NCBI RefSeq assembly: GCF_040938485.1
Contig: NW_027272134.1
Span: forward strand, 620,001 to 684,000
DNA from: Diadema antillarum
Taxonomy: Eukaryota
Direction of reading: 5' to 3'
Length of the DNA stretch: 64,000 bases
Shown piece by piece: positions 1-10,400 of the stretch. The position numbers and the translations under genes are program-made. The notes beneath the pieces were generated by a model. That model was not told where the DNA came from, ran no database searches, and saw only the letters and a list, made by a program, of their open reading frames with translations. Each line of letters opens with the position of its first letter. The stretch's first letter is position 1.

Positions 1-221
1 ATTTTCATGAATTTCGCGAGTACAGGTGTTATTTGCAAATTAAAAAACACACGAAATTTCAACTCTGATTCCGACACGATTAATGTGCATGCATAATTTA
101 AACTTCGTTCAGTACCGTAGAATGTACTCCACAACCACGATTTCAGCCAATCACAAAATTGTCTGGAAGTCCCGATTTGCAAGAAATTAGACTCACTATG
201 AAATGCATGCTGTATACAGTA
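1..221. mobile_element. Right part of a TA-flanked MITE (TACTGT...ACAGTA type)
   Basis: ttcgcga/cacgaaattt motifs and a terminal TACAGTA at 215-221, similar in style to the copies at 18754, 53669 and 55359. Confidence 0.5.
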
Positions 222-838
222 TTCAGAAGGTAATACCTATACTGGGACTTCAGTTGGAAGAGTTTGTTTGTGATTCCTGCACATGCACAATCTCTGAAGA
301 AAATCTGTCAATTTGGCAGAACCTTGTATTGGTACTTTTGTATACAATGTATGTCCAGTATCTGTGTGCACATTTTTACAGGAAACCTAGTCAGACTCTG
401 GGTCTCCCATTGACTTATCACTGGGTATTAAACAGGTTGGTGAGAAGGGCAACTCAAATTGAACATTGGTATTTTAACCAATGTTTAAAAGGGACTTCAT
501 CTGAGAAGAATTTGAGACCACAAAGAACTTTTTAATGGGGTATATGTGGGGCATCCTTTGAAAAAGCCAACTCTGACACACACTCTCAGTCATGCAGTAT
601 GAACCACTACCTACAAGGAGTATTTTGGAGGATTACATGTATCTTACCAAGGTCCAAGTACATGTACCAAGTAATATTATACGGTACTTAACAAGATGAT
701 GAGACTACATCATTAGTACATGGAAGATGGTACTACGAGGTTTAGAAAACTGTATAAAAATTACTGCAAACAGATAAACAAACTTTTACAGACAAAATCA
801 CCTGGTGGGTTTAGCTTTATATTTCCTCAACTTATGAC

Positions 839-1739
839 TTTATTACCTCCGCCACAGGAGGAGGTTATGTTTTCGTTACCATTGGTTTGTGTGTGTGTTC
901 GTTAGTTAGTTTGTCTGTGTGCAAAATAACTCAAAAAGTCGTTAACGGATAGGGATGAAACTTGCAGGAAAGGTTGAGAATGACACAAGTAACAAACGAT
1001 TAAAAGGTGTGTACAGTTCTGGTTGAGGTGAGGATTTAGCTTTTAACATTTTGCGAGATATTCAGAAACCACTCTATGAGATGTCAACGAGCATGCAATT
1101 CTAAGGGGTATCAAAAGTTTATTTGATGAAAATCGGTTTTGAAATGGCTGAGCTATATCCAAAAACAATGTGAAACAAAGAGATCCTAATAAAAGGCGTG
1201 GCCTGTAGTCTGTTATTATTATTACTTTTTTGGATATCTCAGCCATTTGAAAACCAATTTTAATCAAATAAATGTTGAATCCTTCTTAAAATTACATGCT
1301 CTTTCATAGTTCATAAGAGGCTTCTCATTATCTCACTTAGGAATGTAAAAAACATGAATCCCTGCCTCAACCAGTACTGTACAGCCCCTTTAACTTTTGG
1401 TTGTGATTAGAGAATTTTGGGGGAATTTATGAAGGATTTTTGATATTTTGGCAGGTAGGGTCAATGAACTTGGGAGTTCAGGCTGCGCGTATTTGAGGTT
1501 TGCCTGCGCGCACTAAAGTGCGTGCTCTAGTTTCTGCTGGGGCGAGGCGCGCCGTGCAGCTGAGGGTTTATGACGTAACAAAGGCTTCTACAATTGGGAA
1601 ATCAGGCAACTTTCAGCACACAATGCTAGAAGTATGTACGGGTGGTAATCACTGATATCTCTATGGAAGAACAAGATCAGTGGTGAAAATGATTTGCATG
1701 CTTGGCGGAGGTCTGCGCTCTCAGAGTGCTTTTCTAGTT
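839..1739 (+). mobile_element. Helentron-associated (HINE/DINE-1-like) non-autonomous element, interrupted by a TTAA MITE
   Basis: 5' acctccgcc and 3' ggcggaggt subterminal inverted repeats, short GT-rich tract near the 5' end, 3' hairpin gcgctct-c-agagtgc, then ttttctagtt. Confidence 0.6.
1000..1393. mobile_element. TTAA-flanked MITE (Kolobok/piggyBac-like), nested in the HINE
   Basis: ttaaaaggtgtgtacagttctggttgagg ... cctcaaccagtactgtacagcccctttaa terminal inverted repeats; internally similar to 5494-6351. Confidence 0.75.
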
Positions 1740-3979
1740 ATCTATAAGGCAGAAAAAGGTTGTACATTGTAGGAACGATGAAGAATTGAACATGATTACC
1801 TACAATTGTGCTGTGCTGATTATTTCATTTTATTACCCGTATACATCAGACATCTGAGCTGTGGATCTACGAAATTGCATTTCCCTTGTATTACGCGCAG
1901 GATTACACGTCAGCATGAAGAGGAACAAATTTCTCATACTCCTCTCTTTGCCAAACGCCTATGGGATTTACGTGCTAAAAACGAGGGGAATATTAGAGGA
2001 ACCTGTCAGTAGTGTTACTTTTCTATTGTTTATATATCTTCCGCAGATTGTCCACATTGCTGACGTCTGAGTCGAGCAATTAGAACTGCTACTTGAATAA
2101 GCAAAAAGTCAAAGACTTCCCTGGGAACTTGAGCTCAAAGTGATGAAAATTTGCTGTTGATGAGAGTTTCTCGCGGAGAGGTCTCACAACAAAAGCGAAT
2201 TCTCATACAATAACACGTAAAATTAGAGGACGGTTGCTGACACCGCGTGCAGGCGTGTCTGACTGTGTGCGCAGGCTGGTACTCGCGCGCAGCATACTCT
2301 AGTTCGCGGCAGAGGGCAAATTCCCATACCGCAGCATGCAAAAATAGAGGACGATTCTCGGTATCGCCAATGCGCAGAAAACTTCTGTGCACGCTGAAGA
2401 GCCCTGTCACAGATGCACTGTGGGATTCCTCGGTGCCATTATCGCTTCCGGTTGTCTCGCGCGCGTCACAGCTCTAATACAATTCAAAGGAGTTATTTGT
2501 CTACTTTTACGCTGTTACTCCTTTTTTCTTGGCTATAATTCAGCTTTAAAAGAGTTGAAAGTTTCTAAAGTTTACTGATTTGCAGTCAATAGAGTCATGG
2601 TTCACTACTGCTAGGCTTCAATGTGCTGGTCACATGATGGAAAGCGAAGAAATCTTCAACAAAAAATACCCCTGGATAAAGACAGAACATGATCCGAGTG
2701 CGTATGCAGTCAAAATCGGGGCAAGTTTGTCCCCTGAGCTATCCCATAATGCATCTAAAACGCTGCTCTGCGCACAGCACCTACGTATTGGCGATACCCA
2801 GTATTGCTATGACCGTGTGAGCTGGCTGTAATATGCGCGCCGTGTACCTGAATTGTGCATCGCTCTATAGGGATTGTGTGCATGCATGTGGGTGCAGTGT
2901 AGTGCAGTGGTGTAGGGTTCCACCTGGCGCCGACTGTGGATACAGAGCTGTATATGTTACCATACCGTAAATCTGGAAGTTTACATTGTATTATGATTTA
3001 CAATAGGGTACTACTCAAGATGCATGAAATGGGTGAAAATACAATGATATGGACTGGCTGCATTCAGGGGATAAGACATTAATTGCCCTCACTATAATAA
3101 TTGTATTGCCCTCGTCTCCAACTTGGGCAATACGATTCTAGATCAGGCAATAAATGTTGTATTCCCAACAAGGCAGCCATTTTATTATCATAGAGTCTAT
3201 CAGTGCAGTAAAGTCGATATAACTAATGTCATATTCAATGTCCCAAGTTTACGTCGTCATTGTTGTCTGTTAACAATAATGAGGTTATGTACCGGTACAA
3301 TTATAAAATGGGTTCAAGAATGTAGCCAATAGGAAGCGCTGAAATGAGACACACCTCCTTCCTTTACTTCAGTACAATTGCACTGCCTGTAATCCTATGG
3401 TAGATTGCCGATCGTCTGTGCGCGCGGCGGCTCCTTTGATGAATTGCATGCATACGCGCTGTCAATCCTGTAAACAACTTCTAGTTCGGGCTGCCGGCCG
3501 GCCGGCCTGTCTTCCCTTGTGCATAACATGTGTGGCGTACGTACGTATACTCTACTATACGTACACTTTGTACAGTACAGTAGAACAAGCGTTATGGGAC
3601 CGGACGCGTACATGGAGTCACTTTGAAGAGCAAATCCAACGATTTAGCAGGTTAATTCTCACGCCGTTTTCAGAGTATGTTGTCTAGTAGGCCTATATGA
3701 GGAGTCTATATCAAGTCTTTAAGGTATAGGGTGCATATTCTATGTAAAATAAGTAAGTTTTCATGCGGGAACTTAAGTGTCCGGACACCCAACCCCCCCA
3801 TTATACTTATACTGTATGTGCGGGACTTCCGCGAGTGCGACGTGCGTAAATGTTTGGGACGAACATCTTCGGACGTCTTGACCCACAAAGGTACGTGAAA
3901 AACGCTGAAAAATGATGTTAGTTTTCGAATTTTCGACCCATTTATAAAACAAATGATGCACAGGATTATTTCGTGACAT

Positions 3980-4094
3980 TAGTGGAGGCGTAGCTCACTC
4001 TCGGGTATTTACAATGTAGTGCAACATGCACTCGGCTTCGCCTTGTGCATGTTTCACAATTGTAAATACCCTCGAGTGCACCACGCCTACACTA
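3980..4094. repeat. About 115-bp imperfect palindrome (fold-back MITE)
   Basis: tagtggaggcg..gggtatttacaat..aacatgcac / gtgcatgtt..attgtaaataccc..cgcctacacta arms around ctcggcttcgcctt. Confidence 0.65.
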
Positions 4095-5566
4095 ACACAC
4101 TCTATCCTGTGCATCATTTGTATACTACAACATGATCTGGATAATATGGCAGTGCATTGCAAGAAACATCATGTTGTGCTATCCCATTCACCAGACTTAC
4201 AAGCTTTGTACATCATATGTACAGCTATGTGTCTAGGCCCATACCCAGCTGCCTAGGGCATAGCTCATAATCAGGCAACAGTGTGCACTTTATGGCCCTA
4301 TATCATCGGTGCGAGATGTTACCCTAATCGAGCAGTGCGAATGAATTCGAGTATCTATCTGGCACCGCGGGCTCGACAGCATGTGTTCCGGTGCTGTGCT
4401 GTGTGCATGTGTGTGAGATTTTGCGCTGGGATGCAGTGTGTGCATGTGTCAATGTCATTGAGAAGAGACAAACAGGGTGCTGTGCATTGGCACACAACGG
4501 AACGCAACCAGTGGTAAACTTTCGTCCTTCATTCATGATTTGAAATGAATGCACGCTGTGTTATTATCTCAAGTAGGGGATCAATAATTAACCTTTCGCA
4601 GAGGACATTCTGTCCACTGCCTTTGCAAATTATTCTGTAAAATAATGAAGAAAAAAAATCCACAATCTTATCCCAATTCGTCAGTTTGTTGTGTTTATAA
4701 CATTGTCTACACAGTTTACTCGCCCGATCGGCCCTGACCAAAGCAAAGCAGAAACAGGGCTGTGTATCACACACATAAGCCTCACCTGCGTGGGTGGTTT
4801 GCGCGATTTGTGATGGAAGCTATTGTATCACGGACTTACTGGGCCAACTTTCTCACATTTTCCGCCATGATCATGGCAATTTTCTGCGATGTATGATGTC
4901 GTTACATACAAATGTAAAGCATGATAATCCTGCAGTGGAGAGCAAAGGCACGCAATATCGCAATCGCACAGTGTTCGATGTGTCAGCTACGCAGCTAGTA
5001 AGAAGCGCAGTGAGTGAAGCAGGCTTTTTCAGTGACCTTGAGTCCTTACCACTTGTCAAAACGGTGTTCCATACAGCAAGAGAAGGTTGCCAGCTGCTCA
5101 GTGCGCGGTGGTTCATGGGGTATCACCTTCACGTACAGGGAATGAGGTACCGATAATAAAGCCAGGGGCCGCGGCCATAAAGTGCACAATTGCCCATACA
5201 TACCTAATCACTAGGTTCCTATTACTGAGTGATATAAACTATAATTTAAAGATCTAGATATCTAGCTAGCTACCTAGTCCCTAGACCTATGTCTACTCTC
5301 TGTCTCTGTTTTAGTTCTCTAACATTAATAGTGATAGAGTCTACTACACCAACACTCAGCCATTGTTTAGGCCTACTGCTGATATTAAATACAAATTGTA
5401 CTGGGCAGGGCCGGGGCACACGGAAGTGGACAGGCATCAAAACAAACGGCAAACACATACAGTACCTCAGTCATACTCAGAAGACATCTAACGTTAAAGG
5501 GATGGTACAGTATTGGTGGAGATGAAAATTGGGCTTTTAACTTTTTGCGAGATACCAAGAAAACAT

Positions 5567-5980
5567 GGCAAAATCGTGAAATAGGCCCTACCGCAGTGCG
5601 CGTGCACCTGTGCGTTAGCAAGCAAGGGTAGGTCCTAGGGTTAGGGTTAGGGTTTAGGGTTAGGTAGAGTTGTATTTATGGTTAAATTGGCTGTTAAATT
5701 AGTCGAGGGACATTAGGGAGTCCTTCCGAGAAGAAAGGGAGGATGAAAGATGCTACGCTGTGGAAATTGGCGCCACCGCTGTATCAATTTCGCGTAAACG
5801 CCGTTTGGCGGGGCCGCATTCACGAGTATTTACTGTCGAAGGAAGCCCCACCGCCGTGCTTACCTACCGATGAACGCCACGTGGTGGGGCTGAATTCACG
5901 AGTATAAATTGGTGAGCCGCCGTAGTATTAGTAGCATATGTATGGACACGCAGTGGTGGGGCCTATTTCACGAGTATGCC
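5567..5980. mobile_element. MITE with about 28-bp TIRs and an 8-bp TSD (Merlin/hAT/MULE-like) carrying TTAGGG repeats
   Basis: TIRs GGCAAAATCGTGAAATAGGCCCTACC / GGTGGGGCCTATTTCACGAGTATGCC; flanks gaaaacat and gaaaacac. Removing it restores the host MITE alignment. Confidence 0.7.
5635..5664 (+). repeat. Interstitial telomere-like (TTAGGG)n, about 5 imperfect copies
   Basis: ctagggttagggttagggtttagggttagg. Confidence 0.85.
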
Positions 5981-7199
5981 GAAAACACTTCATGATATAC
6001 AGTCAGAATAACGTTAGGTCTATACCATTTTAAGAGGAATTCAAAGTTTATTTGATGAAAATCAGGTTTGGAATGACTGAAACACCCAAAAACAAAGTAA
6101 AACAAAACGATCGTAATGTGGGTCCCACACGTATCACACTTTATTAGAATCACTCTTTTTTGGATATCTCAGCCATTTCAAAACCAATTTTCATCAAATA
6201 AACGTTAGATTCCTCATAGAATTACAACATGCTCTTCGACACTTTCATATTTCATTCTAGAGTTCTATATGTCAGAGGTTTCTCATTATCTCACCAAAAA
6301 AAGTTAGAAACCTGAAATTAGGTCTCAACCAAAACTGTATGATCCCTTTAAAACTGTACCTTGGGCCTTGACTTTCATTTCAGTGGGGAATAGGGTCTAA
6401 GCCTAACTCAGTGAACTGTTTAATACTCTAATAATAGTAATACTAATAGGCATGCACCAGTACCAGTGCAGTGCCGTGCCAGTGCAGCACCGAGGAAAGA
6501 GAGACGTACGAACATACGTACAACTACAGAACCTCTCCGGTAAACAATCAATTGAATCAACATGACATGCAACGTTAGACTCCAGACAAACTGCGCGAGA
6601 TTACCTGAAAATGTTCCAATCACGCAAAGTTTGAATGCTTCGAATTCCATGGTAATTGTTCTAAAGTCTCATGTCACGGAATTTTGCAGCAATACTCTAG
6701 AAGACAGAAGATACTGGCAATCCATTGATCATTTTCCAGCTTCCAGTGATCCGTCACATAATTGCATGTCGATGCATTGTACGAACCACACTCGTACTCG
6801 ACCCCGCATATACATACACAGTGCAGTTACATATAGTGACGTGCATGCATGCTGATGCAGTGATCGAGCATTCGGTGCCGGGGCGGGGAACTTTAGCCTT
6901 CAATTCGCTCTTGTACAGCCTAGCAAGCTAGCTAGCTCGCAGTCAGTTCACGTTATCGCAGATTGCATCCATCCTATCCGTCCATATCGAGACGAGTCTA
7001 TTCTGTCAAGGTCATTGTAACCTCCTTTTGATTAAGAATAAAAGATCTATTGTGAATTTAACTCCAGAAAAAAAAAGCAATTATCTGGTTCCGTGAAAAA
7101 AGAACCTCTTATTTTCGATGGTAGAAATAAAATGTAATTGCTAAAAATGGAAAGCAGAAACAGCTAGAATATTCCCCATCTGGAAATGGACCGACCGAA

Positions 7200-7395
7200 A
7201 TGGGTAAAAGGGTTCGAAGCTGCCCAATGAAAGACAGCGGTAGATATGCATTGACATGGAGTAAGTACACACACCACGGCCACGCGCGCCCGCCCGTGCG
7301 GGCGCGCGTGCAATGTGCCTCATGTGTACGTGTTGTGTACGTGTGTAATGTACGTATGTGACGACGAAATCTACACAGTTAATTACAGCGCAACC
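7200..7395 (+). promoter_or_regulatory. PXMP2 promoter / 5' region
   Basis: CpG-rich; CCAAT at about 7224; GC box (CCGCCC) inside a perfect 13-bp inverted repeat at 7281-7310, directly upstream of the ATG. Confidence 0.5.
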
Positions 7396-7499
7396 ATGGA
7401 ATCGACAAAGAAAGACAGAGAAAACTCAATCCAGGCTTTGTTACGAGCTTACCTGCGACTTCTGAAGGAAAGACCGATTCTTACAAAGTCAATCACAAG
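7396..7499 (+). CDS. PXMP2: PXMP2 coding exon 1 (MESTKKDRENSIQALLRAYLRLLKERPILTKSIT)
   Basis: Kozak-like caaccATGG; donor AG|gtactt at 7500; typical PMP22 N-terminus (Y..LL..RP.LTK). Confidence 0.92.
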
Positions 7500-10400
7500 G
7501 TACTTATGTTAGTTATGTTGTTGTGTGTGTTTCATTTAGCCGTTTGCTTGACACAAATTGAGTAAACTACCGGGTCTGTGATAAGGGCAGGGACGTGGAC
7601 GCCGTGAGCTAAATGAACACCCTCCCCGCGGCTGTGCTCCGCATGACCCGCGTAACCAGTCCTCCCCCTGCCTGCTGCACGCTGGCCCAGCAGGACAGGC
7701 CCTACTTGCTATGATTAGGACGTTCGAATTCGGATTGCCCATATCGGGATATCGTGCATTATGCCATTAAGAAACCTATTTATTGTATTAACGTTAGATC
7801 GCAAGATCATCGGAACCGAGTTGTTTGTGATTTGACCGAAAGATCGGTCTGTATCTGGTCGTCAGGGATATGCGTGATGTTCCGCAGCACAGTGCAGCAT
7901 GCATGCAGCAGTGCGTCTGGCTTCATATCAATCATGGCCACGGATCCCCTCAACGGAGGAGAGTCAACAATTTTAAGACTCCTCCGGACAGACGGATCTT
8001 CTATTTCATTTGTGACTAGTTCCACCTCGTGGCAACTCATGTCTCTTCAGGTTGCAAAGATGTCGGCAGCCAAGATGTCTCCGTGACGTCTCATCACTGA
8101 CCTCAGTGCTCCGCTCCTGGTTAGGTTAGCTGGACCTGGCCTAGCCCCGGAGACCCGCCGCTCTGCGGCGGGGTCCTGGCGGCTACCCCGCAGTTTCGTT
8201 CAAGTGAGAATCACGAACAACTCCCTATTGCCACATATACGGCAACTTCACAAATAAACCATGGCTAAATGTCCATCATAAACACAGTGACAATATAAAA
8301 TGAAATATACACTACCCCATTGCCTTGGTCCTTCTCACCAATTTATCTGGAAACTGCATAATTTTCCACATTTTTTAGGAGTAGGTGGTCTGCCCTAGTG
8401 GAGAGCTTTGCTGCTATTTTGAACGTGTATATCCATCAGTACGCATCTACGCATGCGTAAACAATGACGTCAACGTTACGGACGCAAAAGGATATGAATA
8501 ATGCATCATCGCACGGTGAATATGCATCATGTAGCGAGTAATACAGCTGTCAATGCACTGCACTGAATGCATTGTGTGCGCATGTGCAAGTGATTGTGAG
8601 TTTTAGTGAGCATCGGTGAGCTGAAGATATTTGCCTTATAAGACAGCATTTTCTGCATCATAAGCAATGAAATGCATCAAACAGTCGCCGATGTGAATCA
8701 TTTAGGTTTAGTCGACCCATGTAAGTATTCCCAGTAATTTTTGTTGAAAAATTAAGGAAATACAGCGCCGGAACGGCACCCGTTTGGTACAACATTAAAA
8801 TATCGATGCCAAAACGGCGCAGCCCCAACACTGTACGTTGTACGTTGGGGCTGCTGGTCGCAGTTAGACCTGGCCTGGAGACTCATAGTCATACCCCTTT
8901 CAGTAATGCACTTGTCAATGTAATGACGCACCCCCGGACATGGGTGCGTCATGTTCATTTTTTGACTGACCACACGGGGTTTTTGATGGACACCACAGTC
9001 ACTTAAATTTTTTGATGGACAAAACGCTGCAAGTGACGAACACCACAGTCACTTTTTTGACGGACAACAGTTTGAAAGTGACGCACACCTCGGTCACTTT
9101 TTTGACGGACATCCTCGAAACATTTGACGCACCCCCGTAAATACTGAAACGATTTTTGCATACGTTTTATTCAAGCAATTTCATTTTCTTTTGGTTCGTA
9201 AACATAATTTGTAAAAGTTTCGGCAAGTTTCCCTTAATACCATGGCCCTGTAAGCACCGTACCGTCATTCACCGTACATCACGCTGCTGCTACGATATTC
9301 CGTACAGGTAGTAATGTATTCTGTGCATGCAATCCATACATGACAATCACATGTGTGCAGATGCGCTGTGTGTGTGCGGCCATTGCTAGTGCGGTACGGT
9401 GGATGCATACTGCTGCAGCGCAGGTACACACCACGCCACGGCATTCCCGCGAGTAACTACATACAGCCTAGTCGCTGTACGTAGAGATTCGCACAGCTAA
9501 CAGCGTCGCGCGTCTGATCGGGCTATCCCGCGGTTGGACTAAGTTGTTACATCGCTGAAGAGTCCCTGGTTTGAGATTGAGTATGCATGATTTCATGGGT
9601 TTGTTGGAGGGAAAATGTAAGGAGAAAGGGTGGCTTTTAAATTATTTGCTTGCCAGATTCTGGCAAGCATTTTTCCCTCTTATTCCAAAACGCTTCCCGA
9701 CTTTGATTTTCACTTGCCGTGGGAAAGCGCTCACTGTAATTTCACTCGCGGTACGTGTATCCGGTACTGGTAGCGTGCAATGCGTGCAGTTTTCCATAGC
9801 CAAGTGACGTACCAAGACGCACCCCTCGGTTCAAAATAATGTGTGTTATTTTCCATAGCCAAGTGACGTACCATGACGCACCCCTCGGTCAAAATTTTGA
9901 TCGACAATGATGGGATTTTGACGCACCCCTCAGTCAAAAATTTGACGGACAAAGCTGGTAAAATGACGAACACCTGGGTCACAAATTTGACAGACCAAAC
10001 GAGGAAATGACGCACCCATGTCCGGGGGTAGTGGGGTGAGTCATTACATTGACAAGTGCATAACTCATGCATTTCTGGCCAGCTCCTGGCCCGAGCTAAT
10101 TTGGCCCGTGCCAAGCAGTAAAAATTGCGTTCAGTAACTACAGCAGAGCCGCGCTACTTTTACGATGACCCATTCACGAACTCGGCCACGTAAGGGATAA
10201 CTGCCATGGTAACTCAGTCCGGGAAACCCGCTCATGAGGACCGCTCCCGCGTACGAGGACTGCCCTGCCTCATGAGGACCTCCCCCACGCCTCATGAGGA
10301 CTGCCCCCATGCCTCATGAGGCCCGGGGGGAACGCCTCATGAGGCCCCCCTATTCACTTCTATTCATCTCACATCTGACGTATAAATTGTCGTAACTTTG

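Larger units (their letters stand above)
5494..6351. mobile_element. TTAA-flanked MITE (Kolobok-like), same family as 1000-1393, split by an insertion
   Basis: TIRs ttaaagggatggtacagtattggtggag / ctcaaccaaaactgtatgatccctttaa; shared internal blocks (aaagtttatttgatgaaaatc, ttttttggatatctcagccattt). Confidence 0.75.

Noticed and set aside
4529-5156. ORFs 4529-4774(-), 4794-5156(+) and 4871-5116(-) with CxxC-like motifs; possible decayed transposon gene
   Set aside because: No family motif recognised and no splice-consistent structure; a tblastx or HMM search would be needed.
1-7200. Head-to-head POLE gene as in mammalian PXMP2 loci
   Set aside because: No recognisable POLE exon on the - strand upstream of PXMP2 in this window.
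5810-10350. CRISPR-like appearance of the repeat-spacer patterns at 5810-5980 and 10229-10350
   Set aside because: Eukaryotic context, short degenerate repeats, irregular spacers and no cas genes; better explained as transposon subterminal repeats or a minisatellite.
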